64,000 nt of DNA from Synechococcus sp. (GCA_047285535.1 JBJBDC010000001.1:704136-768135), one strand, 5' to 3'; positions 21,264-32,303 are shown, counted from the first letter of the stretch. The notes: generated by a model from the letters alone, not told the origin. Made by a program: numbers and translations.

Positions 21264-23447
21264 GTGTTGAGAAGAAAAAATCTGATTATTTCTTTTTTGA
21301 TTGGTTTCTGCTGCGTCTTTCTTTTGTCTGGCTTTCCCTCATTGGCAGAGTCCCAGAGCAGTGGCCATCAACCCTTGAATCTCAGACATGAGAGTTCTCT
21401 GCCAATCATTGCGCTTGAGGATCAACCCTTTTACCCAGAGCTGATCAAACGGGCCGATCTCTGGCTCCATACACCGCTAGGCCAGGTGGTTGGAGATACA
21501 CCAAAAGATACCTTGCTCAACTTTTATACGGTGATGGCTGATGTCGGACTCTTAATTGATGAAATCACAGCATCACACCTCAATGATCCTGGTCTGTTCT
21601 GGAATCGTCAGACATTGGCTGAGATCCACGAAGCAGAGGACCTCTTTGATGCAGCTGTGGATGCTTTGGATGGTTCCTCGTTTCCTTTGGGAGTGAGGAG
21701 CTATCTCAAAGATGAAGCGGCTATTCAGCTCAAGCATGTGCTTGATTTTATTTTTCATAACAGCCGCCAGATCATCTCCCTACCCGACGCCAGTGGGATG
21801 AAGGCGTTGAATGAGCAACGATCAAAGCAAACGCAATCATGGACTTTGCCTGGATCATCCATTGAGCTCACGAGTCAGCTTGCTGACGATCCAGTCAACA
21901 GTGACTATTATTTCTCCGCATCGACGGTAGAGAATGCCGCGAGAATGTACGAACAAGTTCGTCAGCAGTTGGGGAACATAAAAGATCAATCCTTTGTTAC
22001 GGAAACTTTTTATCAGGATTTTATTCACACTCCCGGACACTTGTTTCCCCCGAAGTGGTATTTAATGCTCCCCTCGGATTTCCGAGGAATCATTGAAACA
22101 GAAGTCTTTTTGGGAGAAACACTTGTCCAGCTGATCCTATCCACCACTGCAATTATAGGGTTTGCCATCATTAGCGCACTTTTATTCCGACAATTAATAC
22201 GCTCCTATCAAAAAAAGTCAGTGGATCCATCCAGGGCATGGATGCTTGATTCGATTGCTTGGAAGCGCACTTTACTCATACTGCCATTGGTGCCATTAGC
22301 AAAATTGACTGAGATATTCATTGATGAATACCTTAACTTTACTGGTTTACCTTTATTGATCTGCACAATCGCATTTGAGATTATTTATTTCTTACTATTT
22401 ATTGTTTTTGTTTTCCTGTTTTTTGAGGCGTTTGGGCGTTCAGTCTCTGAGGGTCTCGTGCGAATGTCTGGGAACCGGGAGGTATGGGAGCTGTCCAGAA
22501 CCAGTAATCGCGTGATGCCTGTCTGCCGTGTTGCCTCGGGTGTTGTTGCCATCTTTCTGATTTACCGCATGCTGCTTCAGCTCGGACTCTCCCCAACGGT
22601 CGTGCTTGCACTGTCTACCGTTCCTGGCTTGGCCATTGGTCTTGGTGCCTCGAAGCTACTCGGAAACCTATTTGCTGGTCTGTCACTTCAGACCGACCGA
22701 CCTCTGCGCGTGGGTGAATTCTGTGAGATTGGTGATGACCAGGGTTTCATTACCAAAATCGGTTTACGTTCGGTTGAAATTGAAACAGCAACGGGAAGAA
22801 TCACGATTCCAAATGCTGTTGCCGAAGATTGTGTCGTGAACAATCTGTCGCGCAATCAACTCAGACCAGATGCTCCATTTATGCAGGGTCTGGAACTCAA
22901 GCTTGATCTCGAAACCGACGCGCCATTCAGCCCTGATCAGATCTCAGATCTACTGTTTTTGGCCAGGGATTATGCCGAAAATCGTGTTGATTTCATCAAT
23001 CCTTGTCTTACTTTTGAGATCAAACCTGGAGGCGAGCAGATGCTTCGCTGCCTCGGCATGATCAAAGTATCCGGTTGGAGAGATTACATCAAGCTACGGG
23101 AATCTCTTACGCTTGCTTTCAATCAACTCATTGTTCAAGTTGATAAATCACATTTTGTTCTATCGGTTTCTTACGACACGACAGATGCACAGCTTTCCAA
23201 GATTCCTGAAATTCTGCAAGCCATCATCGATGGCATCACAGGTTTCGAGCTCAAAGCCTGCCGGTTGATGGATATCGCTGAATTCAGTTACGACTTCAAA
23301 TGCCACACGCTCTCTCAGGGACTGACCTACACACAATTCAAGGACGCAATCGATCAGATTAACCGGGAACTTCTGAGTGCCCTTGCGGCTGCTGAGATCG
23401 TGATTCCTTTCCCCACTGCCATCGAAATTCAAAGAGACGCAGATTAG
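21264..23447 (+). CDS. Mechanosensitive channel, MscS family, with large periplasmic N-terminus
   Basis: GLAIGLGA..LLGNLFAG, DRPLRVGEFC, IGLRSV, TIPN, IVIPFPT. Confidence 0.9.
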   Translation: MLRRKNLIISFLIGFCCVFLLSGFPSLAESQSSGHQPLNLRHESSLPIIALEDQPFYPELIKRADLWLHTPLGQVVGDTPKDTLLNFYTVMADVGLLIDEITASHLNDPGLFWNRQTLAEIHEAEDLFDAAVDALDGSSFPLGVRSYLKDEAAIQLKHVLDFIFHNSRQIISLPDASGMKALNEQRSKQTQSWTLPGSSIELTSQLADDPVNSDYYFSASTVENAARMYEQVRQQLGNIKDQSFVTETFYQDFIHTPGHLFPPKWYLMLPSDFRGIIETEVFLGETLVQLILSTTAIIGFAIISALLFRQLIRSYQKKSVDPSRAWMLDSIAWKRTLLILPLVPLAKLTEIFIDEYLNFTGLPLLICTIAFEIIYFLLFIVFVFLFFEAFGRSVSEGLVRMSGNREVWELSRTSNRVMPVCRVASGVVAIFLIYRMLLQLGLSPTVVLALSTVPGLAIGLGASKLLGNLFAGLSLQTDRPLRVGEFCEIGDDQGFITKIGLRSVEIETATGRITIPNAVAEDCVVNNLSRNQLRPDAPFMQGLELKLDLETDAPFSPDQISDLLFLARDYAENRVDFINPCLTFEIKPGGEQMLRCLGMIKVSGWRDYIKLRESLTLAFNQLIVQVDKSHFVLSVSYDTTDAQLSKIPEILQAIIDGITGFELKACRLMDIAEFSYDFKCHTLSQGLTYTQFKDAIDQINRELLSALAAAEIVIPFPTAIEIQRDAD

Positions 23448-23914
23448 GACTCCACTGAACCAACGAATGATCCGTCAGGAATCACCAGGGCATGTTCAGG
23501 CTCAGATCGTGATCCGAGCCGAAGATGTCACCAGGAGCGAGCCATCGTTGCGTTGGATACCTCAAGCTGGGTGGGAAGGCACATTCTTTCAACTGATTGT
23601 GACGAGAAGACACTTGAGAAGATTCAGCACACGGCACGTCGCAATCAGATCGCAGCGCAGCATGATGTCCATGCACCATCCCACAGTCAGGAGCCAATCA
23701 GGATTTGAATCAGCTCAGCTGATACCTTGCTGAATTTGTCAATCCTGTGTTCGCCCAAAAGACATTGCCAACAAGACCTCGAACCGAGAATTGCTTCTAA
23801 AGGAATCTGATCAACAAATCAAGCTTATCCATCTGATCGTAGTGACAATCCACTCGAAAGTGCAAAACTCAGAGTGAGTACTTTCATGACATCAATCCAG
23901 GTAAGTTAGAACAT

Positions 23915-25708
23915 TCAATGAGAATGAAAACTTGGAGCGAGACCATACACAGGTGTATCCAAACCAACAACTCTAGCCTTGATCTGCAAGGCTAAGTAAT
24001 GGGAATAATAACGACATTGATGCAAATTGCCCCCATGAATCCATAGGTTCTCCACCTGGGTTGGCTTCCACATATTGCGCAACTCACCTTGCCAAGGTCC
24101 GGGATCCTTTGGAGTGTCTGAACCAAGCCCCCAAACTTTGCCCAAACGGTTTGCTACGTCTGGGGAGATGAGATCAGAAAGAAATAGATTCATCGAACCA
24201 AACCCGGTGGCAAAGACCACCAGGTCAGCGTCCAGCTCACTGCCATCGTTGAGCACAACGGAATGCTCGCGGAATCGAGCCAGTTCAACGTTGCTTCTCA
24301 GGCGAATACGACCATCCGCCACCAGCTCTGCGGCACCAACATCCAGGTAATAACCAGATCCACGACGTAAAAATTTCATGAAGACGCCGGAGTCATCGGC
24401 GCCGAAGTCAAGCAGGAAGCCAACGTCTTCAAGACGTCGATAGAGATCCTGATGATCACGCCGCATGGCGTCATAGATCGGCTTCTGCCACTGAGGGAGA
24501 AGTTTGTAAGGAATGGAGGCCATGGTGTGATCTGACATCTCCGTGGTGATGCCCTCTGCCAACGCCTCCTCCGAATAGGAGCCTGCAAAGGCGTAGGTCT
24601 CCAACGCTTGCATCGGTGCCACCGTGGTGGAGCTGCGCTGCAACATCGTCACCTCGGCGGCACCCGCTTGCCAAAGTCCCGCGGCGATGTCATGGGCTGA
24701 ATTATTGGATCCCACTACAACACAACGCTTATTCCGGTAGGCATCGGGTCCTCGATGCTGGCTGGAATGATGCTGTTCCCCTGCAAAAGCTTCCGCCCCG
24801 GGGATTTCTGGCATCTGAGGATACCCAGCAACGCCTAGAGCGATCACGAGATGACGGGGCTGCAACCTCTGACAGCTGCCGTTCCGCTCCACCTCCAGTT
24901 GCCAACGATCACTGGTTGGATCGAAATGAGCTTTGCGCAGCGGTGAGGAACCCCAGATCTGTAATCCCATCACGCTGGCATAAGCCTCCATCCAATCGGC
25001 CAGTTGATCCTTCGGGGTGTATTTCGGCCAACCGTCTGGAAACGGTAGGTAAGGAAAGTGGCAGTAATGAACCGGGTCATGCAGGCACAACGTCTTGTAG
25101 CGCCGCCGCCAATGATCCCCTGGCCGCTCCTGTTTTTCCAGAATCAGCGTAGGGACCTGCAGAGATGCCAGGCGTGCTCCGAGACTGAGACCAGCCTGGC
25201 CGGCGCCGACAATCACAACCTCCGGCTGTTCACTCACCCCAAGGTTGGCGCACTCACGCTGCTTTTCTTCCAGCCATGTCAACCGGCCACGCTCCACAAC
25301 ATGGTCAGAGCCCATGGGCCGTCTCACACCCAGGCGCTCTTCATGGCCTTGGAGTGAATCCATCGCCGTGAACAGCGTCCAGATCTTTCCGTTTCGTAGC
25401 CGCACATGACCGCGACACGTGGCCACGCGCGTGTGAAAGCTGAACCAGCCCTCAAGACTGCCATCCTGCTCCGACACGTCAGCCAATGCAGTAAGGCCCC
25501 TGGGGGCAACATCCACAAGGCGTTGCGAGAGCATCGCGTTGATCGCGGAATGACCTTCCTCGGTGGTGAGGTTCCAACTGAAAGCAACCAGATCACGCCA
25601 AAAGCAGTCCTCGGCGAAGAAGGGAAGGACTTCAGCAGGATCTCCTGTTGTGCAAGCCGCTTCAAAACTGTTCAACCACTGCTGAAGAGACGCCATGGGT
25701 GTGGCCAT
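23915..25708 (-). CDS. Flavin-containing monooxygenase with SnoaL/NTF2-like N-terminal domain
   Basis: FWRDLVAFSWN, GAGQAG, GDHWRRRY..LCLH, FAGEQHHSSQH, VVGSNNSAHD, FATGF. Confidence 0.9.
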   Translation of the reverse strand: MATPMASLQQWLNSFEAACTTGDPAEVLPFFAEDCFWRDLVAFSWNLTTEEGHSAINAMLSQRLVDVAPRGLTALADVSEQDGSLEGWFSFHTRVATCRGHVRLRNGKIWTLFTAMDSLQGHEERLGVRRPMGSDHVVERGRLTWLEEKQRECANLGVSEQPEVVIVGAGQAGLSLGARLASLQVPTLILEKQERPGDHWRRRYKTLCLHDPVHYCHFPYLPFPDGWPKYTPKDQLADWMEAYASVMGLQIWGSSPLRKAHFDPTSDRWQLEVERNGSCQRLQPRHLVIALGVAGYPQMPEIPGAEAFAGEQHHSSQHRGPDAYRNKRCVVVGSNNSAHDIAAGLWQAGAAEVTMLQRSSTTVAPMQALETYAFAGSYSEEALAEGITTEMSDHTMASIPYKLLPQWQKPIYDAMRRDHQDLYRRLEDVGFLLDFGADDSGVFMKFLRRGSGYYLDVGAAELVADGRIRLRSNVELARFREHSVVLNDGSELDADLVVFATGFGSMNLFLSDLISPDVANRLGKVWGLGSDTPKDPGPWQGELRNMWKPTQVENLWIHGGNLHQCRYYSHYLALQIKARVVGLDTPVYGLAPSFHSH

Positions 25709-26233
25709 GAATGGCTGTTACAACAGCGTCAGCATGACAATTGATCAACCCGTTGTCAGACCGATGGCCTAAAAGAGCCATCAACCCTGTTTCAGTAGCG
25801 ATCCAGGCCTGATCGAAGTACGCGCAGTACATGTCGAATCAAAGTTGACGTAGCTGGAGGACTCAAGGGTTGGGACAGTTGAAATCCATGAAACCTGTTG
25901 CCTAAAACGATCAGCAGCAGGCAATGCCTCTACAAGCTTAGAGATTCAAAAGAATTGAAATCTGGACGCTCTTTCCTCCGCCGAGGTGAAGACACGAGTC
26001 CGGATCATTGCTGCTATTGGTTCTATCTCTGGACTGATCCAAGTGAATGCGAAACATCGACCAATGGAGTGTCAGATCTCGAGCAATTCGAATGAGTCAG
26101 TCTTGATCTGGCATCAGTGAGTCGTCCTCTCAACCCAACCTCAACGGTTCTAACTGCTGACAACAGCTAACCTGACATTGATCACCATTGCCCTTGTGAT
26201 GGGTCAACAATGGGCTCAGGTTCCCAAGGCCTA

Positions 26234-26902
26234 ATGCAGTCGATCACCCCAGCCTTTATCGATCAGCTTCGCTTCAATGAAGCTGGCCTGATCCCCGCCA
26301 TTGCCCAGGACTGGCTCGACGGTGCGGTACTGATGGTGGCATGGATGAATCGGCAAGCCATCGAACTCACTCTGAGCACGGGCGAAGTCCACTACTGGAG
26401 TCGATCGCGACAAGAGCTCTGGCATAAGGGCGCCACCAGCGGGCACATCCAAAGCGTGCGGAACATCCTCTACGACTGTGATGCAGACGTGCTGCTGGTC
26501 ACGATCGAGCAACGGGGAGATGTGGCCTGTCACACCGGTGCACGGAGCTGCTTCTTCAATGATGGCGATCGGTCAAGCCCAGGAGGTGTTCATGCACTCC
26601 AACCACCAGCGGACGTTTGTACGGAATTGATGCGTGTGATCGAGGGACGTCGCGACCACCCAGAAGAAGGCAGCTACACCAATAAATTGCTCGGAGGAGG
26701 AGACAACAGCATCCTCAAGAAAATCGGCGAAGAAAGTGCCGAATTTGTGATGGCATGCAAAGACAAGAACCCTGAAGAAATGGCAGGCGAAGCGGCCGAT
26801 ATCCTCTTCCACATGCAGGTGGCCCTGGCCCATCACGGCGTGAGCTGGCGTGATGTGCAAGAAGTGCTAGCCCAGAGACGGGGAGCACCACGCCGACACT
26901 GA
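26234..26902 (+). CDS. hisIE: Bifunctional phosphoribosyl-AMP cyclohydrolase / phosphoribosyl-ATP pyrophosphohydrolase
   Basis: [55 protein letters not shown]. Confidence 0.95.
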   Translation: MQSITPAFIDQLRFNEAGLIPAIAQDWLDGAVLMVAWMNRQAIELTLSTGEVHYWSRSRQELWHKGATSGHIQSVRNILYDCDADVLLVTIEQRGDVACHTGARSCFFNDGDRSSPGGVHALQPPADVCTELMRVIEGRRDHPEEGSYTNKLLGGGDNSILKKIGEESAEFVMACKDKNPEEMAGEAADILFHMQVALAHHGVSWRDVQEVLAQRRGAPRRH

Positions 26903-27413
26903 ACTTCTCAGCCATAAGCCATCAGCATTATTACGAGAACCAATCAATCCTTGAATTGGCTCACTTGATCACTTGATCACTTCAGCAATCATAAAAAGGA
27001 TTCGAAAAGCGATTATTTAAGAGCCATAGCCCAAATCTAGTTCAGAGAACTATTTTGAACCCTGAAAGAATTCAGTCCCAAAGCAATTTATTTCATGATT
27101 AGAGCCAGATAGAATAATCAGACTAATACTTTATATTCAGGATTGTTCAGTCGCTCATTTTGGGAGGAGTTGGGTCATAGCCGCCAGGATGGAAAGGGTG
27201 ACATCGACCAAGGCGACATAACGCCAGTCAAAACCCTTTGAACGCACCGTGCAGTTCAATAGCTTCAATCGCCTACTGCGAACATATCGGAGTAAAACGA
27301 CAATTCCCGCCTAGAAATGGGCTTATAAATATCTGATACAATTCAATCAATACTCGCATCAAATTTTGGACCAGAGAATCATTTGTATCCATCATTAAGA
27401 TGCATTTTGAGAG

Positions 27414-28109
27414 TCAAGAATCTGGCTGAAGAGAGGAGTGGTGATGGGAAATTTTCCATTCTCCATCTTCAAGCATGTCGATGAAGCTCAAGCGGGCTTC
27501 AGCTGTCGTGCCATCAGCAAAAGTGAAGCGATAAAGCCCTGCATCTTGAAGCCTATGGCAGCCAATCAGGATCTCTCGTTGATCGATTGATCCTTTGGGA
27601 CTTTTCACTCAAAAATGGCTGAAATCATCAACGATGGTGTCGTGATCTGTACGTGGCAAGTCGGACAGTGTGGGCAGCAGGATTGCGTGACGGCTGTAAA
27701 GCTTCGCCACTTGCTCTGGGTCCTTGGTTAGCAACGCCGCATTCCACCGTTCAAAAAGCACCTGCTCTTGGCATTGCGAGATCAGAGCGCATCCGGTCAC
27801 TCCGTCCTTGAGGAGTTGTCCACTTGGGCGGTCGAGCCGTTCCAGGTTGAGCCAGATCTAGCCATTTCTCGGTAATTGCGCGCAATGCATCAAGCAGTTG
27901 GGGCGATCCCTAGGACCCAATCGCCAACGGAACTAACGCCCTGGGGGACTGTCAACGAGTTCTGCTTCCATCCACGCAGGAAGCTTGCCCTGCTCGAGGG
28001 CCATGGAAAGAATCTGACGCCCCGTGCTGCGCCTTCCCCTTAAATCACAGGCCTGGGGTGAGATTGTGAGGACGATTGCGGAACCAGCCAGGGAAGTGGT
28101 GTGGATCAT
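27414..28109 (-). pseudogene. DUF4440/COG4875 (iota-carbonic-anhydrase-like) gene with an N-terminal extra domain and three in-frame stops
   Basis: One frame from ATG 28109, broken by TAG 27933-35, TAG 27858-60 and TGA 27609-11; motifs FERWNAAL, AILLPTLS, DAGLYRFTF, ARLSF, WKISHHHSS. Confidence 0.8.
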
Positions 28110-28321
28110 CAGCCGTTGAGCATTCTCATGGGCTGAGCCTTGGCGAGGATTAAATATGGGAAGAATTATCGTCCAAGCTGTTCGTCGATGCTTGCCGACT
28201 AGACCACATCCAGGCGCCTGCGGAGCTAGCGTTTAAAGGTCATATCACGCCGCCGAGCGCCCGGCTTCAGCAAACAGAGCTGAACGAAGAGCGAAACAGT
28301 CCTCGGACTGCCATCATGTAT

Positions 28322-28336
28322 TGAGAATCATTCTCA
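28322..28336. promoter_or_regulatory. Fur-family (Zur/Fur) box
   Basis: Perfect 7-1-7 palindrome TGAGAAT-C-ATTCTCA, 2 nt before the COG0523 ATG. Confidence 0.8.
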
Positions 28337-28338
28337 GA

Positions 28339-29415
28339 ATGTCAGATTGCACCAACGCTGAGGTTCCCGTCACCATCCTGAGTGGGTTTCTAGGTGCTGG
28401 GAAAACCACGTTGCTTAATCACATCCTCAGCAATCAGCAGGGTGTAAAGACGGCCGTATTGGTGAATGAGTTTGGTGAAATCGGCATTGATCACGACCTG
28501 ATCGTGACAACAAATGATGACATGGTGGAGTTGAGTAATGGCTGCATCTGCTGCTCCATCAATGACGAGCTCAAAGAGGCTGTTGAGCGAATTCTTGAAC
28601 GGCCACAAAAGATGGATTACATCGTGGTTGAGACAACGGGCTTAGCCGATCCTCTGCCTGTGGCGATGACCTTCGGCGCCAGTGAATTACGGGACTCCAC
28701 ACGCCTCGACTCGATCATCACGATGATCGACGCTGAGAACTTTAATGATGACTTACTGCACACCCAGGTCGGCCGATCTCAGGTGATCTATGGCGACATC
28801 CTGTTGCTTAATAAATGTGATCTGGTCTCCAAGGAACGCCTTGAAACCGTTGAGAAAAAACTACGCGACATCAAGACTGATGCCCGCATCATTCACTCCG
28901 TCCAAGGGGAAGTCCCCCTTGCTTTGTTATTGAGCGTCGGATTATTTGAAACCGACAAGGTTGTCAATGCAAGTGACCACGACCACGACCACAGCCACGA
29001 CCACAGCCACGACCACAGCCACGACCACAGCCACGACCACAGCCACGACCACAGCCATCACGGCCACAACCACAACCATCACGGCCATCATGATCACGGG
29101 GGCCATCCGGACCATCAGGCGATCGAAGGCTTCACCTCCCTGTCTTTCGAGAGCAATGGGCCTTTTTCGCTACGAAAATTTCAGTATTTTCTCGACAACC
29201 AGCTCCCTCAGGAGGTGTTTCGCTCTAAGGGAATTCTCTGGTTCCAGGAAAGTGAACGCCGTCATGTGTTCCACTTAACCGGCAAGCGCTTCTCCATCAA
29301 TGACAGCGATTGGACTGGAGAACGCAAAAATCAGATTGTCATGATCGGACGTGACATCAATCACGACTCCTTGCGTCAGCAGCTGCAGAACTGTGTAGCC
29401 GGCGACAACTCCTGA
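28339..29415 (+). CDS. COG0523/CobW-family G3E GTPase metallochaperone with His-rich insert
   Basis: GFLGAGKT, VNEFGE, GCICC, ETTGLADP, LNKCD, FRSKG, His-rich tract; ATG 28339 preferred over TTG 28321. Confidence 0.93.
   Translation: MSDCTNAEVPVTILSGFLGAGKTTLLNHILSNQQGVKTAVLVNEFGEIGIDHDLIVTTNDDMVELSNGCICCSINDELKEAVERILERPQKMDYIVVETTGLADPLPVAMTFGASELRDSTRLDSIITMIDAENFNDDLLHTQVGRSQVIYGDILLLNKCDLVSKERLETVEKKLRDIKTDARIIHSVQGEVPLALLLSVGLFETDKVVNASDHDHDHSHDHSHDHSHDHSHDHSHDHSHHGHNHNHHGHHDHGGHPDHQAIEGFTSLSFESNGPFSLRKFQYFLDNQLPQEVFRSKGILWFQESERRHVFHLTGKRFSINDSDWTGERKNQIVMIGRDINHDSLRQQLQNCVAGDNS
28987..29058 (+). repeat. 12-bp coding minisatellite GACCACAGCCAC x6 (DHSH)
   Basis: Read directly; last unit has one change. 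Confidence 0.95.
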
Positions 29416-29570
29416 GTCCGTATGGATCGCTGAGTGAGCCCTATTGATGGAAACAGACCTCGCTGAGCACTGCAAACTGGGCCTGCAATCTTGTGATCAA
29501 CAACTTTGCTGTTGTGAGAAGAAAAAATAGGCCATTGGTGCTCAATCCCTACAAGCAACCGTGGGACTGA

Positions 29571-31064
29571 TCATTGAAGTCCGGTCTCTAGCTCCAGGCC
29601 AGCCCGGCTGAAGTTCCACTGCTGGATCGCGATGGCTTTGGCACTGCGAGCGGCCTGAAGATCGCGCTTGACAAGCAGCAGTTCGGTGATCGGCGCGATA
29701 CCAGCTCGGTAGCGGAGCTGGGCATCACGCACCGCTTCCTCACTGGCGATCTCCGCATCAAGACTAGCTTTCATGGCCTCACCAGCACTGCGGTTGGTAT
29801 GCCAGAACGTTTCCACCGCCTGAATGATTGTCTGTTCACGTTGTTGCAGCAGGAGTCGTTGTTCCTGCGCTTGGCTACGGGCCAGAGCCGTGGTCTGAGT
29901 CGCCAGACCACCATCAAAGAGGGGTTGGCGCAGGTTGAGCATGATGCCGTAGTCGTAGAAACTTCCACTTGCACTACCGCTGCTGCTCACTGCGGGCAGG
30001 TTCACCTCTCCAGCGATCGGAACATTGCCAAGGCTGCTGCTTCCATTGAGCACCGGCACGTTGAGACGGTCGCCGTTGATCCCACCTCCAAGCAGCACAC
30101 CGATGCGCGGCAACCTGCTGCCTTGCGCAGCTTGCACCTTGGCTTCAGCTGCGACCTGAGCCTGACGGATCACGTCCAGAGCAGGCCGGTTGCTGGTGGC
30201 AGCGACAACGGAAGCCTGCAGATCAAGTGGCCAGGCTGGAAAGGATTGAAGCGGATCACTGGCCTCCAACCGTTGCTCGGCCGGCAGGTCCAGTAAACGG
30301 GCCAGGGCGCTGGCCGCAATCGCTCTGGTCGATTGTGCGGAACTGAGGCCGCTTTGATCGGTGGACAGGAGGGCACGGGCCTGAAACACATCGATGCGTG
30401 CCCCCAGGCCAGCCTCAAGCAGGGCTTCCGCATCCTTGAGGAGATTGGCGGAGAGATCGATCGAACGCAACCAGATGGGAATCAACGCATCAGCAAGCTG
30501 CAGATTCAGGTAGGCGTTCGTGATCGCAAAGCGACTCTGACGCCTCTGCTCCAGCAAGCGAGCGTCAGCGGCCTGATCGAGGGCCTTGGCGGCTGCGAGC
30601 AATGGTCCCCGTTCGAAATCCACCAATGGATAGCGAAGGGCGAGTCCGATGTTGCCGAAGCTGTTCTGGATCAGGGCGTAGCCATTGCCGCTGAGATCGA
30701 AATTGAGATCGCCAACGGTGGGCAGATTGGAGATGAAACCGATTGAACTGCCTACCTGCGCCCAGCTGGCCAGGCCCACCACATCAAGCTTCGGTTGAAA
30801 CTGACTGCGGCTGATGCCAACAGCCGCAGCCGCAGCCTCTTGTTGGAGTTCCGCCTGTTGCAGCGTCAGCGATGCGTTCAGACCGCGTTCCAAAGCCTGA
30901 TCCAGGCTCAGTGCTAACGGGGCCGCATCAACGGGGAGAACCCATCCAGCCAGCACCATCAGCTGGATCAGCAACCTTCGACCGAACAGGCCGGCGATGG
31001 AGGTAGGGATGGCTGGGAGCCCTCGAAAAACGGGGGTAGCATAGTCGTGTTTCTGGTCATTCAT
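29571..31064 (-). CDS. TolC-family outer membrane efflux protein
   Basis: LSLDQALERG, RSQFQPKL, LRQPLFDGG, LRYRAGIAPITELL; start uncertain and may lie nearer 30959. Confidence 0.88.
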   Translation of the reverse strand: MNDQKHDYATPVFRGLPAIPTSIAGLFGRRLLIQLMVLAGWVLPVDAAPLALSLDQALERGLNASLTLQQAELQQEAAAAAVGISRSQFQPKLDVVGLASWAQVGSSIGFISNLPTVGDLNFDLSGNGYALIQNSFGNIGLALRYPLVDFERGPLLAAAKALDQAADARLLEQRRQSRFAITNAYLNLQLADALIPIWLRSIDLSANLLKDAEALLEAGLGARIDVFQARALLSTDQSGLSSAQSTRAIAASALARLLDLPAEQRLEASDPLQSFPAWPLDLQASVVAATSNRPALDVIRQAQVAAEAKVQAAQGSRLPRIGVLLGGGINGDRLNVPVLNGSSSLGNVPIAGEVNLPAVSSSGSASGSFYDYGIMLNLRQPLFDGGLATQTTALARSQAQEQRLLLQQREQTIIQAVETFWHTNRSAGEAMKASLDAEIASEEAVRDAQLRYRAGIAPITELLLVKRDLQAARSAKAIAIQQWNFSRAGLELETGLQ

Positions 31065-32298
31065 GGGCGAAGTGCTGCAGCGCTGCTGGCCAATCGCCCT
31101 GGTCACAGGCGCCACTGCGATCTGGGCCGTGCTGCCGGCGATTCAAGTGCAGGTTTTAGGTGCAGCGGTTCTGCTGGCCCCTGGTGATCGCCGGGGCCTC
31201 TACACCCGTTCTGCTGGTCAGGTGCTGAACCTCACCGTTCCAGTGGGCGCCACGGTTGTGAATCATCAGTTGTTGGCGCGCCTGAATCGCATCGACCAGG
31301 CAGCACCCGACGGAACTGTTCCATCAGGGCAAACGCAAGCTCTTGATCGCCAACTCGAGGCCAACGCCGAAAAGCAACATGGTCTGATGTTGCAATTGCG
31401 AGCCAATACAGAAGAAACAGCGGCCGTTCGCCAGCAGATCAGCACGCTTGAGGTCAGTAACCAACCGGTTGGACAGCAACTCACAGCGTTGGAAACGCTG
31501 CGTGACCAAAAGGTCATTCCCACCTACAGCCCGCTTTGGGTCACAGCACAGGATCTTTTCCTCGGGAACAAAGCTGCCATCCGTTCTCTGGAAGCCAAAA
31601 TCGCCCAGTTGAAGGCCAATCGCGGATTGATCGTGGCCGAACAGGCGCAGGCTCGGGCTTCCCGCGCAGAGCTCAAAGCCCAAATCAACGCTCTTGAGTT
31701 GCGAGCACCGGAGCCAGGGAGACTGCTGAGCTGGGCTGTGGAGGTGGGTCAGCCCGTGCTGCCGGGTCAACGCCTGGGGACCCTCGAACTTGAACGCTCA
31801 AAGTCGTCATCACGACAAGCGATGGCTGTATTTACCGAGGCGGATGCCACCCGCCTGAAGGTGGGTGAGGCGATTGAGATCGAACCCATCCTTCAGAGCC
31901 GAAATCAGTACGGCGGTACGGCGCAGCGCTATGGCGGAGTGGAAGGAACGATCACAGCCATTTCACCCACATCCCTGGATGTGGCTGCCCTGACCAGCGT
32001 GGTGGGAGAGGCTGATCTGGCCGCCTCCCTGTTGATCCGGGCTCGACAGGACGCCTATGGAGACGGGGGTGATCCACTGGCGATCCTTGCTGACAAGGCG
32101 ACGGCGCCGATGATGCTGGTGCGGGTCAAGCTGACGCCGGCAGACACTCCCTCAGGGCTTCGCTGGAGCGGCGGCCGAGGGCCCGATCTTCAATTTGACG
32201 AGGGGCAACCAGCCCAGGCACGGGCTGGGGTGGAACGGCGCTCGCTGCTGAGTTACACCATTCCTTTTCTGCGCTGGCTCGCAGGCATCAACCGCTGA
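31063..32298 (+). CDS. HlyD-family adaptor resembling NHLM/NHLP bacteriocin secretion proteins
   Basis: N-terminal TM, coiled coil, RYGGVEGTI, TPSGLRWSGGRGP, ERRSLLSYTIPFLRWLAG. Confidence 0.8.
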   Translation: MGEVLQRCWPIALVTGATAIWAVLPAIQVQVLGAAVLLAPGDRRGLYTRSAGQVLNLTVPVGATVVNHQLLARLNRIDQAAPDGTVPSGQTQALDRQLEANAEKQHGLMLQLRANTEETAAVRQQISTLEVSNQPVGQQLTALETLRDQKVIPTYSPLWVTAQDLFLGNKAAIRSLEAKIAQLKANRGLIVAEQAQARASRAELKAQINALELRAPEPGRLLSWAVEVGQPVLPGQRLGTLELERSKSSSRQAMAVFTEADATRLKVGEAIEIEPILQSRNQYGGTAQRYGGVEGTITAISPTSLDVAALTSVVGEADLAASLLIRARQDAYGDGGDPLAILADKATAPMMLVRVKLTPADTPSGLRWSGGRGPDLQFDEGQPAQARAGVERRSLLSYTIPFLRWLAGINR

Positions 32299-32303
32299 CC
32301 GAC

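Noticed and set aside
27609..27611. In-frame TGA as selenocysteine or programmed readthrough
   Set aside because: Two more in-frame TAG stops and a damaged operator point to pseudogenisation; the position does not look like a Cys site
31063..32298. NHLM/prochlorosin bacteriocin cluster
   Set aside because: No precursor, LanM/YcaO enzyme or peptidase-ABC transporter in the window
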